A DNA stretch of 62,541 nt from Elusimicrobiota bacterium (GCA_022703335.1 JAKLDV010000001.1:1-62541), one strand, 5' to 3'. Counted from the stretch's first letter, positions 44,966-55,157 are shown. Program-made: numbers and translations. The notes: generated by a model from the letters alone, not told the origin.

Positions 44966-46234
44966 ATGTTCACCGATAAAGCGCACATCATCGTCTCCGG
45001 CGGCCACGGCGGCGACGGCTGCCTGTCGTTCCGCCGGGAGAAATACGTGGAAATGGGCGGACCCGACGGCGGCAACGGCGGCCGCGGCGGCGACGTCTGG
45101 CTGGAGGTGGACCCCCACAAAACCACCCTGGCCGATTTCGCCTATCGGCCCCACTTCAAGGCCGGTTCCGCCCTCAGCGGACACAGCGCCAACAAGACCG
45201 GCCGATCCGGCGAGGACCTTGTCATCCGCCTGCCGCCCGGCACCATGGTCTATCGCGAGGGAAAACTCGTGTGCGATTTGAAAAATCCGGGGGAACGGTT
45301 CCTGGCCGCCCACGGCGGCCGCGGCGGCCGCGGCAACGCCTCCTTCAAGACCAGCACCAACACCGCCCCCCGCATCGCCGAGAAGGGGGAGACCGGCGAG
45401 TCCGCCGAATTGGACCTCGAACTCAAACTTTTGGCGGACGTGGGACTGGTGGGTTTCCCCAACGCCGGCAAGTCCACCCTGCTGTCGCGCATCACCAAGG
45501 CCCACCCCAAGATCGCCGATTACCCCTTCACCACGCTCTCGCCCAACCTGGGCGTGGCGCACGTCGGCGAACGTTCCTTCGTGGTGGCGGACATCCCCGG
45601 CCTCATCGAGGGCGCCCATCAGGGCAAGGGCCTGGGGGACGAATTCCTCCGGCACGTCGAACGCACGCGCGTGCTGATCCATTTGGTGGACGTTTCCGGC
45701 TGGGACGGAAAATCCGCCTATCAAAATTTTTGCGCGGTCAACAAGGAGTTGGGGGCCTATTCGGAACGGCTCCTCCAGAAACCGCAGGTGGTGGCCGCCA
45801 CCAAGATGGACCTGACGGACGCGGAGAAAAAAAGGACCGTTTTCGCCCGGCGGCTGAAGAAGACCCGGGTCCACGCCATCTCCGCCGTCACGGGGCTCGG
45901 CCTGGCGCCGCTCCTGGCCGCGGTGCTCAAAGCGCTGGACAAAGCCCCCGACGCCGACCTCTTCGTGCCCGCGCCGTCGGCCCTCTACCGCCTCGAACCG
46001 GATTTTTGGGTGGAGAAGGAAGGCGAGCTGTTCCGCGTGCGGGGAAAAGGGGTCGAACGGCTGGTGGCCATGACCAATTTCGATCAGGACGAGGCCATCG
46101 CCCGCCTGCAGAAAATTTTTCGTAAAATGGGTGTTGAGAAGACGCTCGAACAAAAAGGGATCGCCGCGGGGGACCTCGTGGCCATCGGAGATTATGAGTT
46201 CACCTACAAGCCGGAACCGCCCCGTCGTCGTTAA
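44966..46234 (+). CDS. obg: GTPase Obg/CgtA
   Basis: 422 aa. MFTDKAHIIVSGGHGGDGCLSFRREKY, glycine-rich Obg fold, G1 GFPNAGKST, DIPGLIEGAH, and a C-terminal OCT domain. Confidence 0.95.
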   Translation: MFTDKAHIIVSGGHGGDGCLSFRREKYVEMGGPDGGNGGRGGDVWLEVDPHKTTLADFAYRPHFKAGSALSGHSANKTGRSGEDLVIRLPPGTMVYREGKLVCDLKNPGERFLAAHGGRGGRGNASFKTSTNTAPRIAEKGETGESAELDLELKLLADVGLVGFPNAGKSTLLSRITKAHPKIADYPFTTLSPNLGVAHVGERSFVVADIPGLIEGAHQGKGLGDEFLRHVERTRVLIHLVDVSGWDGKSAYQNFCAVNKELGAYSERLLQKPQVVAATKMDLTDAEKKRTVFARRLKKTRVHAISAVTGLGLAPLLAAVLKALDKAPDADLFVPAPSALYRLEPDFWVEKEGELFRVRGKGVERLVAMTNFDQDEAIARLQKIFRKMGVEKTLEQKGIAAGDLVAIGDYEFTYKPEPPRRR

Positions 46235-47309
46235 AGTCGGCACCGCCATGTTGAGCCGCCCTCAGGGCGGACTCAACACGGCCCGCGTCCGCTCCCTCGC
46301 CGAGGAACTGGTCGCCCTTCAGAAACGGGGTTCCCCCGTGGTGCTGGTCACCTCGGGCGCCATCGGCGCCGGCATGGACAAGTTCGGCTGGAAGACCCGC
46401 CCCACCGTTCTGTCCGACAAACAGGCCGCCGCCGCCGTGGGCCAGGTGGTCCTCATGGAGGCCTACGAGAAGGCCTTCGGTCGTTTGGGCGTCACCGTGG
46501 CGCAGGTCCTCCTCTCCCGCTCCGACATGGAGGACCGGGAACGCTACCTCAACGCCCGCAACACCCTCAGCGCCCTCCTCTCGCGCGGCGTCCTTCCCAT
46601 CATCAACGAGAACGACACCGTGGCCACCGAGGAGATTCAGTTCGGCGACAACGACTCGCTGGCGGCCCTGGTGGCGGCCAAGGTGGGGGCGGGAAAACTC
46701 TTTTTACTGACGGACGTGGACGGCCTCCTCTCGGGACGCGAACAGGACGCCCGGCTCCTGCCGGAGGTGTTCCAAATCACTTCGGAGATCGAGGCCCTGG
46801 CCGGCGCCAAGGGCGGCAGCCACAAGAGCGTGGGCGGCATGAGCAGCAAGCTCCGTGCCGCGAAACTCGCCATGGCCTCCGGCGTGGAGGTGTGGATCGC
46901 TTCGGGAAAACGTCCCGGCGTGATGGGGGAGATATTGCAGGGGCACGGCGTGGGCACCCGGTTCCAGGCCCGGGCGGACAGCCTCAACGCCCGCCAACGC
47001 TGGATCGCCCTGGGCCGCCGGGTCAAGGGGACCCTCGTTCTGGACGCCGGCGCCGAGGCGGCCATTTTGCAGAACAAGCGGAGCCTGCTGCCTTCGGGCA
47101 TCGTGCGGGTGGAGGGGACCTTCCACGCCGGCGACACCGTCAAACTGCTCAACGGGTCGGGCGTGGAGATCGCCCGCGGGTTGACGGCCTACTCCTCGGA
47201 AGAGGCGAAAAAGATCCGCGGCCGAAAAAGCATCGAATTGGAACGCCTCCTCGGCCGCCCTTGCCCCGCCGAAGTCATCCACCGCGACAACCTGGTGTTG
47301 CTCACCTAA
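46194..47309 (+). CDS. proB: Glutamate 5-kinase (with PUA domain)
   Basis: VVVKVGTAML..VVLVTSGAIGAGM..., with a C-terminal PUA domain (GTLVLDAGAEAAILQNKRSLLPSGIVRVEG). ATG 46194 is assumed, giving a 41-nt overlap with obg; the start is uncertain. Confidence 0.85.
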   Translation: MSSPTSRNRPVVVKVGTAMLSRPQGGLNTARVRSLAEELVALQKRGSPVVLVTSGAIGAGMDKFGWKTRPTVLSDKQAAAAVGQVVLMEAYEKAFGRLGVTVAQVLLSRSDMEDRERYLNARNTLSALLSRGVLPIINENDTVATEEIQFGDNDSLAALVAAKVGAGKLFLLTDVDGLLSGREQDARLLPEVFQITSEIEALAGAKGGSHKSVGGMSSKLRAAKLAMASGVEVWIASGKRPGVMGEILQGHGVGTRFQARADSLNARQRWIALGRRVKGTLVLDAGAEAAILQNKRSLLPSGIVRVEGTFHAGDTVKLLNGSGVEIARGLTAYSSEEAKKIRGRKSIELERLLGRPCPAEVIHRDNLVLLT

Positions 47310-47312
47310 AAC

Positions 47313-48227
47313 ATGCGCCGCCTCCGCCGGCTGCCGGTCTGGATCGGCAAAGGCGTCCTCATCGTCCTTCTGGCGGAGATCGTCCTCCAACTCACCGGCC
47401 GGCTCTATTACGCCACCCATCGGCATTTTCTCCAGCCGCCCTCCGAGACGGCCGCCACGGCGGATTTCGTCATCCTCTTCGTCGGCGAATCCACCACGGC
47501 CGGCGACGGCGCGGAAGATCTTCGGACCGGCCCTTTTCCCGCCCAATTGGAAGTCCTTTTGGAAAGGCGTTTCCCCGGGATGGATTTTGCCTGTGTGAAC
47601 TTGGGGCTGAAGGGGACCACGACCCCGTACCTGCTCAACAAACTAAAGACGGACCTGGATGCCTATCGGCCGGACCTCGTCGTCATACAGGCGGGGAACA
47701 ATCTGCCGGCCCCCCATTTCATGCTCGTCCCCGTGGTGCGACTCGGGAAATGGACATGGGAAGATGTCGTGTTTTTTCTTCAACGATCGAGGATTTATCG
47801 CTTTTGCCGGCTGGTCGGAGAGATCCTTTGGCGCGGCGGGAGCGAACGCCTGTACAAGGCGGTCAACGATAACGAGGATATCCCCCGCCGGATGAGATCG
47901 CTCCTGGTCCATCACAGCGTCGCCGATATACGGAACATGGTGCGTACGGCGCGGCGGCAAGGGGTGAAACCGGTGCTCTGTAATTATTTTGAAAGCCGGT
48001 CCAATCCGTTCCTGGCGCGACTCGCCGCGGAGCTGGACGTCCCCCTTTGCGACAACCAACTTGTTTTTGGAAGGCTTTTGAAACGGGGGGAGGCGCGGAA
48101 TTATCTTTCGGCGGACGGCTGGCATCCCAACACCGCCGGATACCGCCTCATCGCGGAGAACCTGCTGCGCACGCTTATCGAAAAAGGGCTTCTGCCTCGA
48201 ACGCCGCCGCGGTCGGGCGCGGCCTGA
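47313..48227 (+). CDS. SGNH/GDSL-like hydrolase family protein, membrane anchored
   Basis: 304 aa with an N-terminal TM segment. Blocks ILFVGESTTAGDG, NLGLKGTT, IQAGNN and ADGWHPNTAGYRLIA. It is a paralogue-like relative of 28213..29307. Confidence 0.6.
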   Translation: MRRLRRLPVWIGKGVLIVLLAEIVLQLTGRLYYATHRHFLQPPSETAATADFVILFVGESTTAGDGAEDLRTGPFPAQLEVLLERRFPGMDFACVNLGLKGTTTPYLLNKLKTDLDAYRPDLVVIQAGNNLPAPHFMLVPVVRLGKWTWEDVVFFLQRSRIYRFCRLVGEILWRGGSERLYKAVNDNEDIPRRMRSLLVHHSVADIRNMVRTARRQGVKPVLCNYFESRSNPFLARLAAELDVPLCDNQLVFGRLLKRGEARNYLSADGWHPNTAGYRLIAENLLRTLIEKGLLPRTPPRSGAA

Positions 48228-48233
48228 GCGTGT

Positions 48234-48734
48234 TTAGAATTTTTCCCAGTGGATCACTTCGTCCAGCGGCCGTTTGGCCGGCGGCCGGCCGGCCGCCGCG
48301 GCGTAGCCGAGAGGCACCAGGGACACCAGTTTGTAGCCGTCGGGCAGGCCGAGCCGTTCCGCCACCGCGCCGCCGTACGGTTTCTTGTCGCCGGCCACCC
48401 AGCAGGACTGCACCCCCAGCGCGGCCGCGGCGATCATCAGGGCGGTGGTGGCGTTGCAGCCGTCCTCCAGATAATATTTCGTGTCCTTGCAGAAAACGGC
48501 CACGCACGCCGGCGCCTGTTCGATGAATTTGCCGTTCTCCGCCAGCCCCGCGATCTGTTTCCGCGCGGCCGCGTCGGTCACCACCACGAACTCCCACGGC
48601 TGCACGTTCCGCGCCGTCGGGGCTCTCCGGCCCGCGTCCACGATCTTCTCGAGCACGTCTTTGGGCACGGGTTTGGAAGTGTAGCTCCGTTCGCTGTATC
48701 GTCGGGCGATAGCTTCTAAAGCGTCCATGGTCAA
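48234..48734 (-). CDS. Nitroreductase family protein
   Basis: 166 aa. RRYSERSYTSKPVP...AGRRAPTARNVQPWEFVVV. Confidence 0.85.
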   Translation of the reverse strand: MTMDALEAIARRYSERSYTSKPVPKDVLEKIVDAGRRAPTARNVQPWEFVVVTDAAARKQIAGLAENGKFIEQAPACVAVFCKDTKYYLEDGCNATTALMIAAAALGVQSCWVAGDKKPYGGAVAERLGLPDGYKLVSLVPLGYAAAAGRPPAKRPLDEVIHWEKF

Positions 48735-48845
48735 AACCTCCGGAAGAAAGGATAGGCCTCCATTGTATCATCTTGTGAAAAATGACGCAGCCGGCGCCCG
48801 GCCCCTTTTCGTTGGATCCGGTGGTTGGATCTTGGGAAGTATCGC

Positions 48846-49838
48846 ATGAATTTTTCGGAAGGCAACGAAGTTGCCGTCGGCTGCGCGGCCTGGCTGGACC
48901 GCTCCCTTCTGAAAGACGGCGATTTTTATCCGCGCAAGACCATGACCTCGCGCGACCGGCTGGCCTGGTACGCCCGCTTCTTCCCGTTCGTGGAGGTCAA
49001 CTCCAGCTACTACGCCCTGCCCGCCCCGCCGACCGTTTCCCAGTGGGCGGAGGCCACCCCGCCCGGCTTCCTTTTTGGAGTCAAGGCCTGGGGCCCCCTG
49101 ACCGGCCACACTGTTCAGGCGCTCGCCGTGCCGCCGGCCCTGCGGCGATATTTCCTCAACGTCCCCCGGAACGCCCGCGGCGAAATCGAAGCCCGGCATT
49201 TCCCACCGTCCGCCCGGGAGGCCTCGTTCGAACTCCTCCGGGAGGCCGTGTCTCCGCTGGTCCGCTCCGGCAAACTGGGGTATTTGCTTTTTCAAATGGC
49301 GCCCTGGGTGTCCGACACCGCCGAGGGGCGCCGCGCCCTCGCCGCCCTGCCCCGCCGGTTCCCGTCCATCCCCGTGGCCGTGGAGTTCCGCCATCCGGAC
49401 TGGATTCCCGGCCGCACCGAGGACACCCTGAAATTTTTGGAGGACAACGGGCTCAGCCACGTGGCGGTGGACGCGGTCTGGATGCCGCGGGTGGCGGCGG
49501 CCACGGGGCCGGTGTTCGTGTTGCGCTGTCACGGCCGCAACGAGGCCGGCTGGCGCGCGCAGAAAGAGGGCCGGGCGCCCACGGTGGCGGAAAAATACGA
49601 TTACCATTACAGCGACGGCGAGGTCGACGAGTTGGTGGCGGCGGTGCGCCGGGAGGCCGGCCCCCGCCGACGGGCGTTCCTGGTGTTCAATAACAACAAC
49701 AAGGATTATCCGGTCCGCAACGCCCTGTCGGCCCGGAAAAAACTGGGTCAGCCCGTCCCGGACCTCGCCGCCGCCCAGAAGGCCTGGCGTTCCGACCGTT
49801 CCCCGCGGGACCCCGCCGCCGAGCTCTTCAAATGGTAA
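48846..49838 (+). CDS. DUF72 domain protein
   Basis: VGCAAWLD...LAWYARFFPFVEVNSSYYALP...VEFRHPDW matches the DUF72 pattern. ATG 48846 is chosen; the track ORF starts at TTG 48825. Confidence 0.75.
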   Translation: MNFSEGNEVAVGCAAWLDRSLLKDGDFYPRKTMTSRDRLAWYARFFPFVEVNSSYYALPAPPTVSQWAEATPPGFLFGVKAWGPLTGHTVQALAVPPALRRYFLNVPRNARGEIEARHFPPSAREASFELLREAVSPLVRSGKLGYLLFQMAPWVSDTAEGRRALAALPRRFPSIPVAVEFRHPDWIPGRTEDTLKFLEDNGLSHVAVDAVWMPRVAAATGPVFVLRCHGRNEAGWRAQKEGRAPTVAEKYDYHYSDGEVDELVAAVRREAGPRRRAFLVFNNNNKDYPVRNALSARKKLGQPVPDLAAAQKAWRSDRSPRDPAAELFKW

Positions 49839-49851
49839 AATAGGAATCGTT

Positions 49852-50208
49852 GTGAAACACCTCCTGTGCGCATTCCTCCTGTTGTTCACCGGGTTCGCCG
49901 GGGCGTTCCTCGGCAAATCCCGCAGCGGGGCCGCTCCCGCGTGGGCGCGTTGGCGCGGGCTCTTCCAGCTCCTCTTCCCCGCGGGTTTCCTGGGCCTCAT
50001 CGTCTATGTCTCTTTTTCCTATCGATGGTATGTTTCCCTCCTCCTTATCGCGCTCCAGTTCGGCGTCGTTTCTCTGTTTCGGAAAATTTTTCTCTCCGGA
50101 GAGGACCGTTCCCAGGAGGACCTGTCGTTCCGGCAGGGGCTCCAGGAAAATCTCAAGCGGCTCCAGGAATTGAACGCCGCCAAACTGCGGGAACGATCGA
50201 AGAAATAG
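49852..50208 (+). CDS. Hypothetical membrane protein
   Basis: 118 aa, GTG start, three hydrophobic helices and a charged C-terminus. Confidence 0.4.
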   Translation: MKHLLCAFLLLFTGFAGAFLGKSRSGAAPAWARWRGLFQLLFPAGFLGLIVYVSFSYRWYVSLLLIALQFGVVSLFRKIFLSGEDRSQEDLSFRQGLQENLKRLQELNAAKLRERSKK

Positions 50209-50247
50209 AGGTCTCCGTCGTTTTTCAAAAAGAACCGAGGAGGAATC

Positions 50248-50655
50248 ATGAAACGTGCCTTGTTCGTTGTGGGAGTCGTCAGCCTGTCCGCCGGCCTGTT
50301 GTTCGCGGGCGATATGAAAATGCCGTCCGTGGGAAAGGTCTCGGCCGAACCGCCCGCCGCCGCCCCGGCCGCGGAGAAGTTCACCTGTTCCATGTGCGGC
50401 GGGGAATACACCGGCGCCGGCAAATGCGCCAAATGCGGCATGGACCTCGTCAAAAAAACGGAGGAGAAGCAGGTTTACAGCTGCCCCCAGTGCGGCAAAG
50501 AGTCGGATGCCCCGGGTAAATGCATGAAGTGCGGCGTGGAAATGAAAGTGAAGGAGATCAAGGCGAAAGCCGAAGAGATCTCCACCCAGGTGCAGGAAGC
50601 GAAGCCCGCCCTGGAAAAGGCGAAAGAGAAGGTCAAATCCAAGAAGAAGAAATAG
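50248..50655 (+). CDS. Secreted protein with two tandem CxxC...CxxC heavy-metal-binding-domain (HMBD)-like zinc-ribbon modules
   Basis: 135 aa with a signal peptide. FTCSMCGGEYTGAGKCAKCGMDLVKK and YSCPQCGKESDAPGKCMKCGVEMKVK, followed by a Lys/Glu-rich tail. Confidence 0.6.
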   Translation: MKRALFVVGVVSLSAGLLFAGDMKMPSVGKVSAEPPAAAPAAEKFTCSMCGGEYTGAGKCAKCGMDLVKKTEEKQVYSCPQCGKESDAPGKCMKCGVEMKVKEIKAKAEEISTQVQEAKPALEKAKEKVKSKKKK

Positions 50656-50831
50656 TTCTTTGGGATCGGCGGTCCCGATGATGGATGAACGTCTTCGGGG
50701 CCGCCGGTCCGCCGATTTTCAAGACGTTTTCCGCCGTTGTTCCGTGCGGCGCGCCGGCCGTGCCGGGGAATTTCGAATCGGGGCCGCGTGTGGTCGCCGG
50801 CCCTTTTCAAAAAATCAGGAGGAAGTTTCGT

Positions 50832-51410
50832 ATGATCGGAAAAATGTCATGGAAGCAGGGACTGGTGTGCGTGGTTCTGCCGTTCTTCGTTTCGTGCGCC
50901 AAGCCGCCCACCCAGGAAATGTCCGACGCCGAAGCCGCGGTGACCGCCGCCGTGCAGGCCGGCGCGGAACAATACGCCAAGACGGAGCTGGCCGCGGCCA
51001 ACGACGCCCTCGCCGACGCCCGCGCCAAACTGGAAAGCAAGGACTATAAAGGCGCCAAAGCGGCCGCCCTCGAAACCAAGGCCAAGGCCGACGTGGCCCA
51101 GAGCGCCGTGGAGCCCAACAAGGCCGCGGTGATGACCACCGTGCAGGAACGCATGAACGGGCTGAAACCGGAGATCGACGCGGTCCAGTCCGCGGCGTCC
51201 AAGCTGAAAGGCCGGGGGGTCGAACCCATCAAGGCGGAGGCCGCCGCGTTGACCGACCTGTGGGCGGGCGTGCAGACCGCTTTCGACGGCGGCGACTACA
51301 ACGGCGCCTTGCAGAAGCTGGACGAACTCCAGCCCCAGCTCACGGCCGCCCGCACCTCGGTGGACGCCGCCGCCAAGGCCCGGCTGCCCGGTCAGGCGAA
51401 AAAGAAATAA
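50832..51410 (+). CDS. DUF4398-like lipoprotein
   Basis: Starts MIGKMSWKQGLVCVVLPFFVSC (lipobox). Ala/Lys-rich helical repeats (AEQYAKTELAAANDALADARAKLESKDYKGAK) are typical of DUF4398. Confidence 0.6.
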   Translation: MIGKMSWKQGLVCVVLPFFVSCAKPPTQEMSDAEAAVTAAVQAGAEQYAKTELAAANDALADARAKLESKDYKGAKAAALETKAKADVAQSAVEPNKAAVMTTVQERMNGLKPEIDAVQSAASKLKGRGVEPIKAEAAALTDLWAGVQTAFDGGDYNGALQKLDELQPQLTAARTSVDAAAKARLPGQAKKK

Positions 51411-51429
51411 GTTCCTCCCGTCCTTAAAA

Positions 51430-51467
51430 ACGGTCTCGCGGGCCGAAACTCGCGGGACCGTTTTTTT
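51430..51467 (+). terminator. Rho-independent terminator after the DUF4398 gene
   Basis: Stem ACGGTCTCGCG (51430-51440) / CGCGGGACCGT (51451-51461, one G-U pair), followed by T7. Confidence 0.7.
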
Positions 51468-51500
51468 GGCGGACACCGATATCCCAAGGAGAACGGAACC

Positions 51501-53174
51501 ATGGCGGGCGAATACGTCTTCGTTTTGTCGGGGCTCAGCAAGTCCTACGGCCCCAAGGTCGTCTTCAAGGACATCCACCTGTCCTTCTACCACGGCGCCA
51601 AGATCGGCATCGTGGGGGAAAACGGCACCGGCAAGTCCACCCTGTTGCGGGTCATGGCCGGCGTGGAAAAGGATTTCATCGGGTCGGCCGAGCCCAAGAA
51701 GGGCGTGCGCATCGGGTACCTGCCCCAGGAACCCCGCCTCGACCCCGCCAAGACCGTCCGCCAGGAGGTGGAGTCGGCCTTCAAGCACATCACCGACCTG
51801 GTGGCGGAATATGAGAAACTTTCCGACAGCATGTCCCAGCCCATGTCGGACGACGCCATGGAAAAGACCCTGGAGAAGATGGGCCGCCTTCAGGAGACCA
51901 TCGAGGCGGCGGACGGGTGGGACATCAAGCGGCACGTGGACGTGGCCATGGACGCGCTGGTGCTCCCCCCGGACGACCTCGCCACCACCAAGATCTCCGG
52001 CGGCGAGGCGCGCCGCGTGGCCCTCTGCAAACTCCTGCTCCAAAAACCGGACATCCTCCTTTTGGACGAGCCCACCAACCACCTCGACGCCGAGACCGTC
52101 AACTGGCTCGAAGGCACCCTGCGCGATTATCCCGGCAACGTCATCATCGTCACTCACGATCGCTACTTCTTGGACAACATCACCCGCTGGATCCTGGAAC
52201 TCTACCGCGGCGAGGGGTTCCCCTTCGAAGGCAACTACTCCGCCTGGCTGGAACAGAAGTCCAAACGGCTGGAACTGGAGGAGAAAAAGGCGTCGTCCCT
52301 GCAGCGGCGGCTGAAGGAGGAGCTGGCCTGGATGCACCTCACGCCGTCGGCCCGCAGCGGCAAGAGCAAGGCGCGCATCCGCGAATACGAGACGCTGGTG
52401 TCTCACCAGAAGACCGTGGACGTCAACTCGCTGGACATCCAGGTGGTGCCCGGCGCGCCGCTCGGCGCCAAGGTCATCGAGGCCCGCCACCTTTTCAAGG
52501 GATACGGCGACAACCAGCTCCTGCAGGACGTCTCCTTCGACATCCCCCGCGGCGCGGTGGTGGGGCTGGTGGGCCCCAACGGCGTGGGCAAGACCACCCT
52601 GTTCCGCATGATCGTGGGCGAAGAAAAACCGGACAAGGGCGAGCTGGTCGTCGGCCCGTCGGTGTCGTTGTCCTACGTGGACCAGAAACGCGAGACCCTG
52701 GACGAGACCAAGACGGTGTTCCAGGAGATCAGCGGCGGGGTCGACCACCTCGATATCGGCGGCAAACTCGTTCCGGCGCGGGTGTATCTGTCACGGTTCA
52801 ATTTCAAGGGCACGGACCAGCAGAAGAAAGTCGCCGCCCTCTCCGGCGGCGAACGCAACCGGCTCCACCTGGCCAAACAGATGCTGAAAGGGGGCAACGT
52901 GCTCCTGCTGGACGAGCCCACCAACGACCTGGACGTGGACACCATCCGCGGGCTGGAGAACGCCATCATGGAATTCAGCGGCTGCGTGCTGGTCATCAGC
53001 CACGACCGGTTCTTCCTCGACCGCATCTGCACGCACCTGTTGGTGTTCGAGGGGGAAGGCGAACTGCGTTGGTTTGAGGGGAACTTTCAGGAATACCAGG
53101 AAGTGCGCCGCCGCGAGCTGGGCGGACGCGAAGAATCCCGCCGCAGCAAATACAAAAAACTCACGATCAAATAG
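51501..53174 (+). CDS. ettA: Energy-dependent translational throttle protein EttA (ABC-F ATPase)
   Basis: 557 aa. Two ABC cassettes (GENGTGKST, LSGGERNRLHLA, LLLDEPTNDLD) and the characteristic length and N-terminus of EttA. Confidence 0.9.
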   Translation: MAGEYVFVLSGLSKSYGPKVVFKDIHLSFYHGAKIGIVGENGTGKSTLLRVMAGVEKDFIGSAEPKKGVRIGYLPQEPRLDPAKTVRQEVESAFKHITDLVAEYEKLSDSMSQPMSDDAMEKTLEKMGRLQETIEAADGWDIKRHVDVAMDALVLPPDDLATTKISGGEARRVALCKLLLQKPDILLLDEPTNHLDAETVNWLEGTLRDYPGNVIIVTHDRYFLDNITRWILELYRGEGFPFEGNYSAWLEQKSKRLELEEKKASSLQRRLKEELAWMHLTPSARSGKSKARIREYETLVSHQKTVDVNSLDIQVVPGAPLGAKVIEARHLFKGYGDNQLLQDVSFDIPRGAVVGLVGPNGVGKTTLFRMIVGEEKPDKGELVVGPSVSLSYVDQKRETLDETKTVFQEISGGVDHLDIGGKLVPARVYLSRFNFKGTDQQKKVAALSGGERNRLHLAKQMLKGGNVLLLDEPTNDLDVDTIRGLENAIMEFSGCVLVISHDRFFLDRICTHLLVFEGEGELRWFEGNFQEYQEVRRRELGGREESRRSKYKKLTIK

Positions 53175-53183
53175 GAAGCGGCC

Positions 53184-54095
53184 TCACACGTTTTCCGGGG
53201 CGGTGGGGCCGGCCTCGGCGCGCGTGCGGCGGTGGTTCACCAGGAAGATGCCGGCCAGCACCAGCGTGCCGCCGATGAGCTGGTGCGTCCGCAGCGTTTC
53301 GCCGAACAGCGGGATGGCCAACAGCGCCGTCACGAGGGCCTGCCCCAGCAGACTCACCGACAGCGGCGCGGCCCGCAGGTGCCCCAGCGCGTAGTTGATG
53401 GCCAGCCACCCCGCCAGATGAGAAATCAGCCCCAACCCCAACAGCGACATCCACGCCTTGGCCGAATAGCCCGAAAACGACAGCCCGAACAACGCCACCC
53501 CCGCGCCGAGGAGCGCCAGGCTGGTCAGCGTGGAGAGCGTCATGAACGTCAGTGTGTCCACGTGGGCGCGGGCGTGCTGGGTGGAAAGCAGATACACCGC
53601 GTAGCACCCGCTGGCGGCCAGGGCCATCAGGTCGCCGGCGTTCAGCCGATGGCTGTACCACGCCGTCTCGCCGATCAAGATCGTCATGCCGGCCAGGGAC
53701 AAAGCCAGCCCCACCCAATACAACCCCGGCAATTTCTCCCGGAAAAGCCACAGACTTCCCAGCCCCACCCACAGCGGCGCGTTGTTGGCCAGCAGGGTGG
53801 CGGTGGCCGCCGGCGTGAGCAGCAGACTGGAGTTCCACAGCACCAGATCCACGGCAAAGAACACCCCGCCCAACAGGATGAGCCGCATGTCTTTCCTTCC
53901 GGGCAGGCGCGGGCCCCGTCCCAGCCACCACGGCAGAAGCGCGGCGCTCGCCACGAAAGTGCGGTAAAACGCGGACACCGGCCCCGGCACTGCGGCGAAC
54001 TTCACAAAGATGGCCGAGAACCCGATGCACAGAATGCCCGCGCCCAGGGCCAGATACGCTTTAACGGAGGAGGAGCGGGAAGAGCGGGGCGTCAT
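53184..54095 (-). CDS. DMT-superfamily (EamA-like) transporter
   Basis: 303 aa, 10 TM segments, with the duplicated EamA pattern. Confidence 0.8.
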   Translation of the reverse strand: MTPRSSRSSSVKAYLALGAGILCIGFSAIFVKFAAVPGPVSAFYRTFVASAALLPWWLGRGPRLPGRKDMRLILLGGVFFAVDLVLWNSSLLLTPAATATLLANNAPLWVGLGSLWLFREKLPGLYWVGLALSLAGMTILIGETAWYSHRLNAGDLMALAASGCYAVYLLSTQHARAHVDTLTFMTLSTLTSLALLGAGVALFGLSFSGYSAKAWMSLLGLGLISHLAGWLAINYALGHLRAAPLSVSLLGQALVTALLAIPLFGETLRTHQLIGGTLVLAGIFLVNHRRTRAEAGPTAPENV

Positions 54096-54110
54096 GCGCG
54101 GTGGGGGCGG

Positions 54111-55157
54111 TCAGAGGAGGTCATGAAGGACGGAGAGGAGTTGAAACATCAGTTTCTCCAGGAAACGTGCCCGCACGTCCGTGTTGCAGTACAGCGACAC
54201 CAGGGTTTTCCGCGCTTCCACATAATAGGAAAAGCCCGCAAAGCCGGGCCCTTCGCCGCCGTGGCCGAAGATCTTGCCGAACCGCGGGTCGTCGTAATAG
54301 CGCAGGCCCAGCCCGTAGCCCGGCGAGGCGAAAAAGGGATGTTTGAAGGGAATGAGGACGGGTTTCTTCATTTCCGAAACAAAGTCCGGCGACAACAGCC
54401 GGCCGTTCAAAAGACCGTCGAAGAAAACGTTCAGCTCTTCGAGCGGGGCGCCCACCACGCCGTGGGCGATCCATCCGGGATGGAAAACGGCGCGCACGTC
54501 CTCCGGCCGGCCGGCGGGGTTGAACTGGCGGGCGTAGCCGGGCGTGAGGCGTCGCATGTCCGCCGGGCCGTTCAGCAAAAATGTGCGGCGCAGGCGGAGA
54601 GGTTCCAGCACCTGTTCGGAGAGCAGCTGGGAAAACGGCCGGCGCGCGGCCGCCTCGGCGGCTTTGCGCAGGAGGAGATAGCCCGTGCCGGAATACAACC
54701 AGGCCGTGCCGGGCTCGAACAGGAATTTTTCGGCGAACACGGCCTCCAAAAACCGCGGTTCGTCCCACGGGGCGGACGGCGATTGCGCCATGCCCGCCTT
54801 GTGGCTGTTCAGGGCGCGGTAATCCGGCAGGCCGGAGGTGTGGTTGAGCAGCTGGCGGAGCGTCACCGGTTTGTCAAAAGGCAGGTCGGGCAGCCAGCGG
54901 CGCAGCGGGTCGTCCAGGCCGAGGAGGTTGTCCTGCGCCAGGCGCAGCACCACGGCGGCGATGTAGCTCTTGCTGGCGCTGTACGCCGGAAAGGCGGACT
55001 CGACGGACAGGGGGCGCTTCTTTTCCGGGTCGGCGAAGCCGGCGAAAAGGGGGAGCGGTCGGTCGCCGGTGATGTGCACCGCCACGCCCAGAACGTTGAA
55101 GTCCTTCAGCCAGGGGTCCACGTAGGCCCGCAGTCGCTGTTCCAGGGGAAGGGTCAT
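54111..55157 (-). CDS. Serine hydrolase, beta-lactamase/PBP4*-like family
   Basis: 348 aa. SxxK motif (YSASKSY), YSGTGY, and HGGEGPGF near the C-terminus. Confidence 0.75.
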   Translation of the reverse strand: MTLPLEQRLRAYVDPWLKDFNVLGVAVHITGDRPLPLFAGFADPEKKRPLSVESAFPAYSASKSYIAAVVLRLAQDNLLGLDDPLRRWLPDLPFDKPVTLRQLLNHTSGLPDYRALNSHKAGMAQSPSAPWDEPRFLEAVFAEKFLFEPGTAWLYSGTGYLLLRKAAEAAARRPFSQLLSEQVLEPLRLRRTFLLNGPADMRRLTPGYARQFNPAGRPEDVRAVFHPGWIAHGVVGAPLEELNVFFDGLLNGRLLSPDFVSEMKKPVLIPFKHPFFASPGYGLGLRYYDDPRFGKIFGHGGEGPGFAGFSYYVEARKTLVSLYCNTDVRARFLEKLMFQLLSVLHDLL

